64,000 nucleotides of DNA from Methanotrichaceae archaeon (GCA_963813075.1 CAWEXU010000030.1:384001-448000), one strand, 5' to 3'; shown: positions 49,255 to 60,590, numbered from the stretch's first letter. Translations and numbers: made by a program. Notes: generated by a model not told the origin, from the letters alone.

Positions 49255-51063
49255 ATGCAGAATAAATCCAAAAAAACCGGCAAGGCAAAGGGAAAGGAAT
49301 CCACCCTCAGGACGCCAATCGTAGTGGTAATGGGGCATGTGGATCACGGCAAGACCACGCTCCTGGATAAGATCCGGGGGACAGCGGTTGCCAAGGGTGA
49401 GGCCGGCCTGATCACCCAGCACATCGGAGCCACAGAGGTTCCCCTGGATGTGGTTCAGGATTTCTGCGGATCGCATTTCGGAAAGGATATTCAGATCCCC
49501 GGGCTGCTGTTCATCGATACCCCGGGGCATCATGCCTTCACCTCCATGCGCAGCCGGGGCGGCTCATTGGCTGACCTGGCGGTGCTGATCGTGGACGTAA
49601 ACGAGGGATTCCAGCCCCAGACCATCGAGTCTTTGAGCATCCTCAAGCGCTTCAAGACTCCATTTGTGGTCGCCGCCAATAAGATGGACCGCATCGGCGG
49701 ATGGCATACCACTCCTAATTCTCCCTTCGCCAAAAGCCTGAAGGCGCAGAACGAGAGGGTCTCCGAGAACCTCGATACCAGGTTGTATGAGCTGGTGGGA
49801 GAGCTCTACAAGTACGGCTTTGATGCTGACCGCTATGATCGCATCACCGACTTCACCCGGACGGTGGGGATTGTGCCCATCAGCGCCATCACCGGCGAGG
49901 GAGTTCCGGACCTTCTCATGATCCTGGTGGGTCTGGCGCAGAGGTTCCTCAAGGATAATCTGCAGCTCACCGCCACTGGACCGGGTCTTGGCACCATTCT
50001 CGAGGTCAAGGAGGAGAAGGGTCTTGGCACCACCCTTGACGTCATCCTTTATAACGGGGAATTTTTTGCCGGGGATACGGTGATAGTCGGCACCTCTCGC
50101 GAGCCTCTGGTCACCAAGATCAGGGCTCTTCTCAAGCCCAAACCCCTGGCTGAGATCAGGAGCGAGGAGAGGTTCCTGCCGGTCAAGCATGTATCTGCCG
50201 CCTCCGGGGTCAAGGTATCCGCGCCAAAGCTGGATAATGCCCTGGCCGGGTCAACCATTCGGGTGGTCTCCAATCCGGATGAGTTGGAGGCACTATCACG
50301 GGAGTTGAAGTCCGAGCTGGAAGCGGTCAGAATAGACACCGAAAATGAGGGGGTAATTCTCAAGTCGGACACCATCGGCTCGCTGGAGGCCCTGGTGGGA
50401 GAGCTCAAGGCAAGAGACATTCGCATTCACTATGCCGATGTGGGGCCCATATCCCGAAGGGATGTGATAAGGGCTGCTGCCATAAACGATCCCCTCCTCT
50501 CCGCTATCCTGGGATTCAATGTGGACATACTGCCCGATGCCTTAAGCGAGATCCAGAAGACTCTTGTTCCCGTCTTCTCGAGCGAGATCATCTATACCAT
50601 CATCGAGAGCTATGAGCACTGGGTGGAGGACCAGAAGATCAAGATGGAGCAGGAGCGCCTGGAAGCGGTCATCCGGCCGGGAGCGGTGCGCATACTCCCA
50701 GATTGCGTCTTCCGCCAGTCCAAGCCCGCGGTGGTGGGAGTTCAGGTCATCGGCGGCATCGTCAGGACCCAGGTAAACCTGATGAGAGAGGACGGGGCCA
50801 ACGTGGGTGTGGTTAAAGGCATCCAGGCTCATAATGAGAACCAGGGATCGGCAACCGTCGGCCAGGAGGTGGCCATATCCATCGACGGGCCCACGGTGGG
50901 CCGGCAGATCCATGAGGGCGATATCCTCTATGTCAACATCCCGGAAAAGCATGCCCGTATTGTGGAATTGGAGCTGAAACCCAAGCTGGCCGAGGATGAG
51001 AGAGAGGTCCTGGAGAACTTCCTGGAGATCAAGCGCAAGAAGGATCCCTTCTGGGGGAGGTAG
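49255..51063 (+). CDS. infB: Translation initiation factor aIF5B (IF-2)
   Basis: GHVDHGKTT, DTPGH and NKMD motifs; C-terminal PFWG. Confidence 0.98.
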   Translation: MQNKSKKTGKAKGKESTLRTPIVVVMGHVDHGKTTLLDKIRGTAVAKGEAGLITQHIGATEVPLDVVQDFCGSHFGKDIQIPGLLFIDTPGHHAFTSMRSRGGSLADLAVLIVDVNEGFQPQTIESLSILKRFKTPFVVAANKMDRIGGWHTTPNSPFAKSLKAQNERVSENLDTRLYELVGELYKYGFDADRYDRITDFTRTVGIVPISAITGEGVPDLLMILVGLAQRFLKDNLQLTATGPGLGTILEVKEEKGLGTTLDVILYNGEFFAGDTVIVGTSREPLVTKIRALLKPKPLAEIRSEERFLPVKHVSAASGVKVSAPKLDNALAGSTIRVVSNPDELEALSRELKSELEAVRIDTENEGVILKSDTIGSLEALVGELKARDIRIHYADVGPISRRDVIRAAAINDPLLSAILGFNVDILPDALSEIQKTLVPVFSSEIIYTIIESYEHWVEDQKIKMEQERLEAVIRPGAVRILPDCVFRQSKPAVVGVQVIGGIVRTQVNLMREDGANVGVVKGIQAHNENQGSATVGQEVAISIDGPTVGRQIHEGDILYVNIPEKHARIVELELKPKLAEDEREVLENFLEIKRKKDPFWGR

Positions 51064-51109
51064 GATATGGCTTTCATGGCTTTAGCGCTAACTTCTTTCC
51101 GGCAGGGTA

Positions 51110-51715
51110 ATGCCTATGGACCTGCCGCTTAACGAGATCATAATTCCCCTCATTGCCGTCGGCCTGGCGGAGATGGGCGACAAGACTCAGCTCTCTGTGA
51201 TACTTCTCTCCTCTCGCACCCGGGAGTACACCTCGCTCCTGGCCGGAGTTATGCTCGCATTTCTGATCACAGACGGAATTGCCATTCTCATCGGCTCCTG
51301 GGTTACAGGCGTCATTCCCCTCCATCTGCTAAAACTGATATCCGGCGGGGTGTTCATTCTGTTTGGGGCGATGATTCTCAGAGGGGGTCAAGAGGAGGCT
51401 GAAGAGGGGGGCGGGCTATCTTCCGGAAATGCTCTGGTGTCCGGATTTTCCCTGATCTTTCTCTCGGAGTGGGGGGATAAGACCCAGATCGCATCGGCAC
51501 TCTTCGCCACGGAGTATGATCCGGTCATGGTCTTCATAGGGGTCATGGCAGCGCTATTCATTCTCTCTGCTATGGCGGTCTATCTGGGAAAGATCATCTC
51601 TGGTAAGGTCGACCGGAGGCTGGTATCCAGGATAGCGGGCACAGTGTTCTTGATAATAGGCCTGGCGATCATCATCTCGATGGTAGTGCCATATGCGTTA
51701 GCTATTATATTCTAA
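51110..51715 (+). CDS. TMEM165/GDT1 (UPF0016) family cation transporter
   Basis: Two E.GDKTQ motifs. Confidence 0.93.
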   Translation: MPMDLPLNEIIIPLIAVGLAEMGDKTQLSVILLSSRTREYTSLLAGVMLAFLITDGIAILIGSWVTGVIPLHLLKLISGGVFILFGAMILRGGQEEAEEGGGLSSGNALVSGFSLIFLSEWGDKTQIASALFATEYDPVMVFIGVMAALFILSAMAVYLGKIISGKVDRRLVSRIAGTVFLIIGLAIIISMVVPYALAIIF

Positions 51716-51828
51716 TAGCCTAATAAAATAGAATATGAAAATAAAATAGAATATGGCAATAGAAAGGCCTTTGCCTTAAAGGCATAATGCCCTGCTATTG
51801 CTGCAGATTGTGTTGCGTTTTATCTGAT

Positions 51829-52023
51829 CTAAACCTTTTCTACCTTATCAGCCTTGGGGCCTTTCTCACCCTCAATGACATCGAAGCTAACCTTGTCGCC
51901 CTCATCGATTGCGACACCGGGCTTCAAGCCAGTTACGTGAACGAAATAGTCCTTGCCATCGTCGCCAGCTATGAATCCAAAGCTCTTGACTCTATTGAAA
52001 AACTTTACTGTTCCAGTTACCAT
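51829..52023 (-). CDS. Cold-shock protein (CspA-like)
   Basis: GTVKFFN..FGFI (RNP1), DYFVH (RNP2), G.KGPKA. Confidence 0.93.
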   Translation of the reverse strand: MVTGTVKFFNRVKSFGFIAGDDGKDYFVHVTGLKPGVAIDEGDKVSFDVIEGEKGPKADKVEKV

Positions 52024-52199
52024 TGTTTATTCCTCAATACGGTTAGAACTTTGGGATGATCTTCAACTACTTATAGTTGCTGGCAGCCCACCGCTCCGCG
52101 GGTCAAGAACAGCCATGTGAAGCTGCATCTACAGGAAAAGGTTTTATAGAAGAGCAAATACTGCTTAGTCGAGAATCATTTGCTGGAGGATTATTATAC

Positions 52200-53894
52200 A
52201 TGGCAGGAATGGGCGGATCACCAATTATCATTTTGAGAGATACCCGCAGAGAGTCGGGGACAGAAGCCATCTCGAATAACATCATGGCAGCACGCGCGGT
52301 GGCCAATGCCGTGCGCAGCTCCATGGGCCCCAAGGGCATGGACAAGCTGCTGGTGGACTCCATTGGTGACGTTACGATCACCAACGATGGGGTGACCATC
52401 CTCAAGGAGATGGATGTCCAGCATCCGGCTGCCAAGATGCTCATCGAGGCCGCCAAGACCCAGGATAAAGAGGTGGGAGACGGCACCACCACTGTGGCCG
52501 TGCTGGCGGGGGAGCTTCTCAAAAAGGCGGAGGTCCTCTTGGACCAGAAGGTCCACCCCACGATGATTGTCCAGGGCTACAGAATGGCGGCAGACAAAGC
52601 AGTCCAGATTGCGAAGTCCATCGCTTTCGATGCCCAGGAGTCCGATCGCCCTCTGCTGGAGAGGATCGCCAGGACTGCCATGACCGGCAAGCTAGCAGAC
52701 TCGCCTGACAGCAAGATGGCCGGGTACGCCGTTGATCTGGTCCTCAATGCCACTGAAGACTATGGGGGAAAAAGAGTCTTTGATATGGACCGGGTCAATG
52801 TGGAGAAGAAGGTGGGCGAGAGCAGCGCAGACTCGGAGATCATCGAGGGAGTGGTGATCGACAAGGAGATCGTCCACCAGAACATGCCCCGCAAGGTCAC
52901 AAATGCCCGGGTAGCTCTACTCTCCTGTCCAATAGAATCCAAGGACACTGAGACCAAGACTGAGGTGCAGATAACCTCTTCGGAACAGTTCCAGATGTTC
53001 ATGGATCACGAGAAGATGAGGGTGAAGGAGGCAGCGGACAAGGTTATTGCCAGCGGTGCCAATGTGGTCTTCTGCCAGAAAGGGATCGATGACCTGGCCC
53101 AGCATTACCTCGCCCGAGCAGGAGTTCTCGCCCTGAGGAGGGTGATCAAGAAGGACCTGGACAAGCTGGCCAAGTCCACAGGAGCTAACATCGTCACCAG
53201 CCTGGATGAGCTGAAACCCTCTGACCTGGGCTCTGCTGCTCTGGTGGAGGAGCGACGGGTGGGTAGCGGTATCATGACATTTATCACCGGCACCAAGAAC
53301 CGAGCTGCGACCCTCCTCCTTCGAGGTGGCACCCAGCAGGTCTTAAATGGCCTGGAAAGGGCTCTTGATGATGCACTGCATGCAGTGGCGGACGTGGTGG
53401 AGGACCGGAAGCTGGTGGTGGGCGGAGGAGCCCCAGAGATAGAGATCGCAATGCGCTTGCGGGAATATGCCGCCACCCTGAAGGGCAGGGAGCAGCTGGC
53501 AGTCGCCAGGTTCGCCGAAGCGATGGAGATCGTGCCCAAGACCCTGGCGGAGAACGCCGGGTTCGATGCCATAGATAAGATCGCCGAGCTGAAGAGCAGT
53601 CACTCCAGCAATAAGAACGTGGGACTGAATGCCTACAGCGGAGAGACGGTGGACATGTATGAGCTGGGCGTGGTCGAGCCCCTGCGAGTCAAGATCCAGG
53701 CCATCTTATCGGCCACCGACGCAGCCTGCCTGATCCTGCGCATCGACGACGTCCTGGCCTCCACCAAGAAGCCTCCTGCCCGGCCCGCCGGCCCAGGCGG
53801 CATGCCTCCTGGGATGGGTGGCATGGGAGGTATGGGTGGTATGGGCGGCATGCCCGGAATGGGAATGGGCGGAATGCCTCCTGGGATGTTCTGA
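52200..53894 (+). CDS. ths: Thermosome (group II chaperonin) subunit
   Basis: GPKGMDK, ITNDG.TIL, GDGTTT and GGM-rich tail. Confidence 0.97.
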   Translation: MAGMGGSPIIILRDTRRESGTEAISNNIMAARAVANAVRSSMGPKGMDKLLVDSIGDVTITNDGVTILKEMDVQHPAAKMLIEAAKTQDKEVGDGTTTVAVLAGELLKKAEVLLDQKVHPTMIVQGYRMAADKAVQIAKSIAFDAQESDRPLLERIARTAMTGKLADSPDSKMAGYAVDLVLNATEDYGGKRVFDMDRVNVEKKVGESSADSEIIEGVVIDKEIVHQNMPRKVTNARVALLSCPIESKDTETKTEVQITSSEQFQMFMDHEKMRVKEAADKVIASGANVVFCQKGIDDLAQHYLARAGVLALRRVIKKDLDKLAKSTGANIVTSLDELKPSDLGSAALVEERRVGSGIMTFITGTKNRAATLLLRGGTQQVLNGLERALDDALHAVADVVEDRKLVVGGGAPEIEIAMRLREYAATLKGREQLAVARFAEAMEIVPKTLAENAGFDAIDKIAELKSSHSSNKNVGLNAYSGETVDMYELGVVEPLRVKIQAILSATDAACLILRIDDVLASTKKPPARPAGPGGMPPGMGGMGGMGGMGGMPGMGMGGMPPGMF

Positions 53895-53914
53895 ACATCC
53901 CAACACCATTTTTT
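53883..53914 (+). terminator. Hairpin GGGATGTTC-T-GAACATCCC across the thermosome stop, followed by a T-run
   Basis: Perfect 9-bp inverted repeat and TTTTTT shortly after. Confidence 0.5.
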
Positions 53915-54100
53915 ATGGACCGGACGTACTTTTTTATTGGCCTGGACATACTCTTTTATTTTTGGTTATTCCTGATGCTGCTTTGGATAACGCATCAATT
54001 TACACCTGACGGAAATTAGGTAATGCAAATTCTTTATGCATATTGATAACGTTATCTATATATAACTTATAAAGAGATCCCTTTCTGAGGTCGAGCAGCA

Positions 54101-54886
54101 ATGGAAGGATATTGGATCTGGCTGGCTTTCCTGGCCTTAGCGCTGATATCACTGAGCATCATCCAGCTGGAAGCTGGTCGGAATAAAAGGCTTCTAGCAG
54201 GCCATCGCCAGATGCAAATGGATGTGCAAAAGCTGCAGGGCCAGCTCAGGGAAAAGGAGATGAAGCTGGACCAGCTCCAGCGGGGGTACGGGCAGTTGCT
54301 CAAACTTAAGGGCCGCAGCCTGGATCTGGAAGAGGAGCTAAAGAAAGCGAAGAGATCATCTGAGTACGAATCAATGGAGAGGCTGCAGTACCTGGAGAGC
54401 TACCTTGCCCGCCAGGACCAGGATCCATCTGCCGTCTTCCTGGGCACCTTTCCCCCTCTTCGCCTCCACTCCATTGAAGACCGGCTCAGCCGGATGCTGG
54501 AGACGGCCAGGTTTGAGGTGGTGGTCGTATCCCCCTGGATAAAGAGGCCGACCTGGAATCGGATTTCCGCTCCATTGCAGAAGTTCTTCCGCCGGGGTGG
54601 GAGGCTGGTGGTGTTCATGAGAGGGCGGGAATCGGACTACCGCTCGGGAATGAGCGATGATATCCAGGATGAGGTCAGGAGGCTGGGTGGAGAGATCCTG
54701 TTCGTACATTCCCTGCATGCCAAGATCTATATGATCGACAGAAAGGAGGCGATAGTCACCTCTGCCAATCTCTCTCAGGGAGGGATAGACGATAACTACG
54801 AGGCAGGAGTGTGGCTGAACGACCCCCATGTCATCCGCGATATCTGTGCTTATGTCGATGGCCTGTACAGGTGCCGCCAGAATTGA
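54101..54886 (+). CDS. Membrane-anchored coiled-coil + phospholipase D-family (single HKD) protein
   Basis: N-terminal TM, coiled coil, SPW, HAKIYMID..TSANLS..NYEAG. Confidence 0.85.
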   Translation: MEGYWIWLAFLALALISLSIIQLEAGRNKRLLAGHRQMQMDVQKLQGQLREKEMKLDQLQRGYGQLLKLKGRSLDLEEELKKAKRSSEYESMERLQYLESYLARQDQDPSAVFLGTFPPLRLHSIEDRLSRMLETARFEVVVVSPWIKRPTWNRISAPLQKFFRRGGRLVVFMRGRESDYRSGMSDDIQDEVRRLGGEILFVHSLHAKIYMIDRKEAIVTSANLSQGGIDDNYEAGVWLNDPHVIRDICAYVDGLYRCRQN

Positions 54887-54959
54887 AGAGAGGAAAGGAT
54901 CTTCTATTCCATCTGTTAAAACCTGCTCTGAATTCAGGCGATTTGGAGGGCTGAGCCAT

Positions 54960-55521
54960 TTGTCAAGGATATAGATCTGGTGAGGTTTATTCTCCGGACG
55001 AGGATACATTTCTTCTCCTCGAGGCGGCTATGAAAGAGGCCCGCCCAGAGGATCATGTGCTCGAGGTCGGATGCGGCTCGGGCCTGATTTCTCTGGAGTT
55101 GGCCGGGCAGGTGGAGAGGCTCGTCGCCCTGGACATAAATCCTCATGCCGTCAGGGCGACCAGGGAGAGGGGGGTGGAGGTGGTGAGGTCTGACCTCTTC
55201 GGAGGGATAAAAGGGCGGTTCGATCTGATCTTATTCAATCCCCCTTATCTTCCCACCCAAAAAAGTGAGCGAAGCGATCAATGGATCAACTATGCCCTGG
55301 ACGGGGGAGAGAGTGGCCGGGAGACCATAGGCCGGTTCTTGGCTCATCTGGCGGACCATCTCCGGCCGGGGGGAAGAGCCCTGCTTCTCATATCCAGCCT
55401 GACCGGACCGGAGGAGGTGGAGGAGATGGCAGAGGCTGCCGGGCTGGCCTCAGAGAGGGTGGCCAGCAAAGGATGCTTTTTTGAACGGCTCATGGTGCTG
55501 AGAATCACAGTCCGTAATTGA
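54960..55521 (+). CDS. HemK2/PrmC-type methyltransferase
   Basis: VYSPDEDTFLL, LEVGCGSG, FNPPY and DGG..GR motifs; 5' end needs a 1-base correction to reach the TTG at 54960. Confidence 0.9.
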
Positions 55522-55567
55522 GTCCCCTCGGGTCAGGGTGATTCATGGATCTAATCTTATCAATATC

Positions 55568-56506
55568 TCAATCCGAGATGCTTGTGGTTCCATCGCCTTT
55601 CTCCTCCAGCAGATCGATCAGCTTTTCCAGCACCTCAAATACCCCTTCACCGGTCTCGGTGGACATCTCGGGCAGGTCAATGTATCTTTTGATGTCCGTT
55701 TTATTGGCCACGATCAGCATGGGCAACTGGATCCAATTCTTCAGGTCTTCTGCTAAGCTAAGCTGTGAATCCAGAGGATAGCCGCAATGCTCGCTTGGGT
55801 CCAGAATGTATAGAACTACCCCCTGCAAATGGCTGAGGGCGGCCACGGTCTGCCTCTCGATCTCATTTCTCTCCGCCATTGGCCGGTCGAGCAATCCGGG
55901 AGTATCCATCACCTGATACTTCCTGTCGTCCCGAACAAAGTGGCCCACAATTATCCCTTTAGTGGTAAATGGATAGCTTGCCACCTCGGGTTTGGCTCCA
56001 GTGATGCGGATGATGAAGCTTGATTTGCCCACATTGGGATAGCCGGCGATGAGAATGACTGGCATTAGGGGGTCAATTGTCGGGATCTTGCGAAGCAGAT
56101 TTCTGGCTTTGTTCAGGAAGAGCATGTCCTTCTCAATCGATCTCATCACTGAAGAGAGGCGGCCAAAAGCCGCCTTTCGGAGGGGGGTGCTGTCCGTCCC
56201 TCGGGTTCTCTTGATCTTGCCCACATACTCTCTTGTTATTATTCGTGTCTGTCTGGAGGCCCAGCGCAGGCGAGACAGGCTGATTCTGATCTTGTCTACG
56301 CCCACTGTTATCTCCACCATCTCTCTGTAAAAAGGAGGAAGATTGTCAAAGGAGGGGAACTTACGGATTAAATTGGCGAGATTGTCTGAGAGGATATTGC
56401 CTGCATTCATGACCATGGACTCATTGTCGGCAGCGCGGGAGGCGCGCCTGAATGATTTATCTAGAAGTTCCTGCGATGTGGGGATAGTTGGAAGACGCTC
56501 AAACAT
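55568..56506 (-). CDS. NOG1-family GTPase
   Basis: GYPNVGKSS, YPFTTK, DTPGLLDR and NKTD motifs. Confidence 0.95.
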   Translation of the reverse strand: MFERLPTIPTSQELLDKSFRRASRAADNESMVMNAGNILSDNLANLIRKFPSFDNLPPFYREMVEITVGVDKIRISLSRLRWASRQTRIITREYVGKIKRTRGTDSTPLRKAAFGRLSSVMRSIEKDMLFLNKARNLLRKIPTIDPLMPVILIAGYPNVGKSSFIIRITGAKPEVASYPFTTKGIIVGHFVRDDRKYQVMDTPGLLDRPMAERNEIERQTVAALSHLQGVVLYILDPSEHCGYPLDSQLSLAEDLKNWIQLPMLIVANKTDIKRYIDLPEMSTETGEGVFEVLEKLIDLLEEKGDGTTSISD

Positions 56507-56660
56507 CGATAGAACTTGCCGGCATTAACAGATAAAGCTTCGGTCCGGCTTCTGCCTCCTTGGGGCCATGTGTGGCCTGGGCGACGGCATTTCTCATTTA
56601 ATAAATGGTTTTCGGAAGGCTTTTATAGTACTTCTTTATCTATATAGATGAGGTGACCTT

Positions 56661-56945
56661 TTGAAGAGACTAGGCACCGCGCTTCATGTCGTGCAAAATA
56701 AGTTGATAGTCCTGAGCGAAGAGATCGTTGGAAGCGAGACCGATATTCCCAGGGGAAACTCCTGGGTGGTGGATCAGAAGAGGACCCGAGTCGGAAAGGT
56801 TTTCGATATATTCGGTCCAGTTGATCGTCCATACATAATCGTTCGGCCAAATAGAGGAATAGATGCCGCTGCCCACATCGGAAAGAAGCTCTATATCGAT
56901 GAGGCGCCGGGGAGAGATAGCAAGTGGAAGAAATTGAAAAGCTGA
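56661..56945 (+). CDS. gar1: Gar1/Naf1 H/ACA RNP component
   Basis: MKRLG..LH, GKV.DIFGPV..PY; upstream of tfb. Confidence 0.9.
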   Translation: MKRLGTALHVVQNKLIVLSEEIVGSETDIPRGNSWVVDQKRTRVGKVFDIFGPVDRPYIIVRPNRGIDAAAHIGKKLYIDEAPGRDSKWKKLKS

Positions 56946-57937
56946 GAGAGATAGAGAGGGCGGAACCGGAGAAGCTCAAGGAGCGTACCCGGCTCAAACG
57001 CGAGAAGGAGAAGGTAGACGAGTTTGAGAAGTTTACCGTCGAGTGTCCAGAGTGCAAGAGCCACACCCTGGTGCGCGACTATGAACGGGCAGAACTGGTT
57101 TGCTCCGACTGCGGCCTGGTGATCGATGAGAACTTCATAGATCAGGGGCCGGAATGGAGAGCCTTCGACCACGATCAACGCATGAAGAGGTCGAGGGTTG
57201 GAGCGCCCATGACGTATACCATCCACGACAAGGGACTCTCCACCATGATCGATTGGAGGAACAGGGACTCATATGGCAAGACCATATCCTCCAAGAACAG
57301 GGCTCAGCTCTACCGCTTGAGAAAATGGCAGAGGCGCATCCGGGTCAGCAATGCCACAGAGCGAAACCTGGCATTCGCCCTGTCCGAGCTGGACCGGATG
57401 GCATCAGCCTTGGGTCTGTCCAGGAATGTGCGGGAGACGGCAGCCGTCGTCTACCGCAAGGCAGTGGATAAGAACCTGATCCGGGGGCGGAGCATTGAGG
57501 GCGTGGCCGCAGCAGCGCTCTATGCCGCCTGCCGGCAGTGCAATGTGCCCCGTACTCTGGATGAGATCGCAGAGGTATCCAGGGTATCGAGAAAAGAGAT
57601 CGGCAGGACCTACCGCTTCGTATCCCGGGAGCTGGCCTTAAAGCTCATGCCCACCAGCCCCATCGACTACATTCCCCGCTTCTGCTCCGGCCTGAATCTG
57701 AAGGGCGAGGTGCAGGCCAAGGGAATTGAGATCCTCCGCCAGGCCGCGGAAAAGGAGCTCACCAGCGGGCGCGGGCCCACGGGGGTGGCAGCAGCGGCGA
57801 TCTACATCGCCTCCATCCTCTGCGGGGACCGGCGCACCCAGCGCGAGGTGGCAGATGTGGCGGGAGTGACAGAGGTCACCATCAGGAACCGCTACAAAGA
57901 GCTGGCAGAAGAGCTGGATATAGAGATAATCCTTTGA
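56924..57937 (+). CDS. tfb: Transcription initiation factor B
   Basis: CPEC..C..CG Zn ribbon, GPEWRAF, GRSIE and [12 protein letters not shown] motifs. Confidence 0.98.
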   Translation: MEEIEKLREIERAEPEKLKERTRLKREKEKVDEFEKFTVECPECKSHTLVRDYERAELVCSDCGLVIDENFIDQGPEWRAFDHDQRMKRSRVGAPMTYTIHDKGLSTMIDWRNRDSYGKTISSKNRAQLYRLRKWQRRIRVSNATERNLAFALSELDRMASALGLSRNVRETAAVVYRKAVDKNLIRGRSIEGVAAAALYAACRQCNVPRTLDEIAEVSRVSRKEIGRTYRFVSRELALKLMPTSPIDYIPRFCSGLNLKGEVQAKGIEILRQAAEKELTSGRGPTGVAAAAIYIASILCGDRRTQREVADVAGVTEVTIRNRYKELAEELDIEIIL

Positions 57938-57980
57938 AGGGATATCTCTAGCATCTTTTTTTCAGGCAATTGCCCTAGAA

Positions 57981-58700
57981 TCAGATTCCTGTTTTAGCCT
58001 TTATCTGCGAGACGTCTTCTTCTATCTTTGCCAGCCTCTCGGATAGATCATCTCTATAATCAGAACGTATATCATCAATGCTGGCAGCTGTTTCCTCTTT
58101 GGCGGAGTCTATTTTTTCTGCTAGCAGATCTCCTGATGATTTGACCTGATCTCTCACCCCAACGATCTCCGCTTTCAGGTCGTCTCTTGTGACCCTTATC
58201 TCGTCCTTTAATTCCACGCGGGTGGCTTTGACCTCGTCACGCGTAGCTTTCACCTCATCGCGAGTGGCCCTTATCTCTTCTTTGAGTTCTTCGCGAGTGG
58301 CTCGTATCTCATCTTTCAGTTCCACTCGGGTGGCTTTTATCTCCTTAAGCACATCCTTGTTTACGGAGATCAGCTCCTTTAGCAATTCCGCTGCTTGATC
58401 GATCCTCTGATCGGTTTCTCCACTACCCGAGACCACCTTAAAAAATCCCTGGAATTCGTTGGTTGCGGCTGAATACTCCTTCTGGATATCTGCCACCTGA
58501 ATCAGAGTATTCTTGATGTCTATGGCGGCAAGAAGGCTCCCCAGGTCGTAGTCTTGCCCTTCTGCCACCACCTTGACCCGGCCGTCATCGAGGTTCTGGA
58601 CGTAGCCGGTCAGTCCAAAGTCCCTGGCAATGGAAACCACCCTGGCCCGGTAGCCGGTCTTCTGGACCTTGCCGGAGATATAAGCGGTCAGCCTGCGCAT
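57981..58700 (-). CDS. Acylphosphatase domain fused to repetitive coiled coil
   Basis: SGKVQKTGYR, GYVQNL.DG.V.VVAEG; C-terminal E[IV][KR]ATR repeats. Confidence 0.85.
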   Translation of the reverse strand: MRRLTAYISGKVQKTGYRARVVSIARDFGLTGYVQNLDDGRVKVVAEGQDYDLGSLLAAIDIKNTLIQVADIQKEYSAATNEFQGFFKVVSGSGETDQRIDQAAELLKELISVNKDVLKEIKATRVELKDEIRATREELKEEIRATRDEVKATRDEVKATRVELKDEIRVTRDDLKAEIVGVRDQVKSSGDLLAEKIDSAKEETAASIDDIRSDYRDDLSERLAKIEEDVSQIKAKTGI

Positions 58701-59083
58701 TACAGTTAATTGTCGACTCTTTTTATTTAAGCCTATGACCTGAGACGGTAATTTAACTGGAGGATTGATCGGAGGTTGAAGGGTAGGCTATGAGTCTCTC
58801 AGGAGCGAGTCTTATTCAGCCGTGGCTTGGAATCAAGTAAGAAGGAGGGAGGCAAAAGTCAGTGATGTAGGAGGGAAAAGATGTCGACCTTTGCCAATTA
58901 CTATATACGGCAATCGCCGATATAAAAAGATTCCGCTTGGGGGCAATCGGGGAATTGGTCCGGATGATGAATTCAAGCAGCTTCTGGCCACATGCCCCGC
59001 TCTGTGCGCAGGTTAAATGCAAAAAGATCGGGACTAGCAGATCTCCAGACGGGTTGGCTGATGAGAACGCCCCCTGATAAAGA

Positions 59084-59266
59084 CTATTTGCCCGCGGCCT
59101 CTTGCAGCAGCAATTGTGCATCCCCATGCATGCTCGCGAGCTTTCTGGTGATGGGATGATGCGGGCCGTATTCCTGCTCCGCCAGCCCTTTAATCCGCCA
59201 GATGTCGGAGAGGAGCCTGCCGATCTCCTTTTGAACGTACCTGCGGTTTTGCTCGGTCATGGTCAA
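59084..59266 (-). CDS. Small helical hypothetical protein
   Basis: 60-aa amphipathic ORF; no motif recognised. Confidence 0.55.
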   Translation of the reverse strand: MTMTEQNRRYVQKEIGRLLSDIWRIKGLAEQEYGPHHPITRKLASMHGDAQLLLQEAAGK

Positions 59267-59337
59267 AACATCTCGGGCCCTTGAAGCCTCTCTTTCATTT
59301 TACCCTTTTCGCCGTACTTCTTAAAGGCTGGGACTCC

Positions 59338-60590
59338 TTATGCCGCTCTCACTATTGTCCCGCCGATGGAGATGAATAGTAGTATGGAAAAAAGGCCTCC
59401 AAGCAGCCTCTCCAGGATGAAAGCCCATTTTATCCCGAATCCGGATCTTCCCTCGATTCTGGGCAGGGCAGGGGGAGCGATAAAGAGCTTCGTGCCTGAT
59501 AGGAAGACGGTGACGCTGAAGCCCAGAATGTCTATGATATCGCCGTCAACCCATTCCTCGCCCACCGGCAGGACGGCTGGGGTCATATCATTTGGACCGC
59601 CCAGCCCCTGTTCCCACCAGAATAAGGTAAATACGAGAATGATGGCGATGGAGAAGAGAAAGGCATTGAAGGGCTTTGTGCCATATCCATAAAACCATTC
59701 CAGGGGATAGTCTATGAGCTTTCTGAACCACTCTTCTCCATCGTTTACCGCCGGCCATGGCCTGGCTCTGTGCTCCTTTCTATACTGGAAGTAGCAGCTG
59801 TCATAATCCTCGAAATAGCCCAGAGCTTTGAAATTTTTCATTAAAGAAATATAGGCAGTATCGTCATAGACAAGGTGCCCATCAATATTATACCATCTGG
59901 TATATAATTCATCATATCTGGTCTTTGTGAGCGAGAGCATGCCCAGAAAGGTGGTGTTCTCAAAGAGGAGGTCTCCCTTGAACTGACTGCCATTGAAACT
60001 GGCATTTGCATTGAACAGCGCATCATTGAAGTAGGCCTCTTTTTCAAATGTATTGTGAATGAAGTCGGCATCAGCGTTGAATTTCGAGCCCCAAAAGTAG
60101 GTATATCCATAAAATTCCAGGAACCTGAAGCTGGCTGGGCCGTTGAACTGCGAGAATATGAAGTCGGCATTGTCCATAAATTCTGAGTCTCCGAAGTAGG
60201 CATAGCCATTGAATTTTGAACTCATGAAGTGGGCACTACCGTTGAATTTCATGTATGTGAAATAGGCGTCTTTATTGAATTTCGCATCCTTAAACTGGGC
60301 GTCTCCATTGAATTCCGAGTGCTTGAAGTGGACATCCCTGTTAAATATGGTTCTGTCAAAATTCGCTTTATTTTGAAAAACAACGTGGTAAAAATGGACT
60401 GGGAAATCAATTGCCATTCCGCTGAGGTTCAATTCACCCACAATTGTGCAGTTTGCATACTCCGCTGGCTGGCCATCTTTGATATTTTCCAGGACATCTC
60501 CTGCCGGAATGACTCTTCATCTGACACGCCTGCAGATAATCCGATTATGAAAAAGAGAGCGGTCAGGACCAAACCAGGGATTCGACTCAG
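59338..60590 (-). CDS. Secreted pentapeptide-repeat protein with C-terminal membrane (channel-like) module, frameshift near 60515
   Basis: Repeating F...A.F....F units, GYG..P, TM - FS..VF - TM; signal peptide upstream in another frame after AGGAGG. Confidence 0.8.

Noticed and set aside
51722..51756. AATAAAATAGAATATG direct repeat
   Set aside because: Low-complexity duplication between convergent genes; no further support.
51829..52023. Bacterial-type Csp as a novelty
   Set aside because: Csp homologues are already known from some methanogens and other euryarchaea.
53790..53890. GGM-coding tandem repeat
   Set aside because: Normal chaperonin C-terminal tail.
58790..59080. Small ORFs between the acylphosphatase and the 60-aa gene
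   Set aside because: No coherent protein-like frame or recognisable motif.
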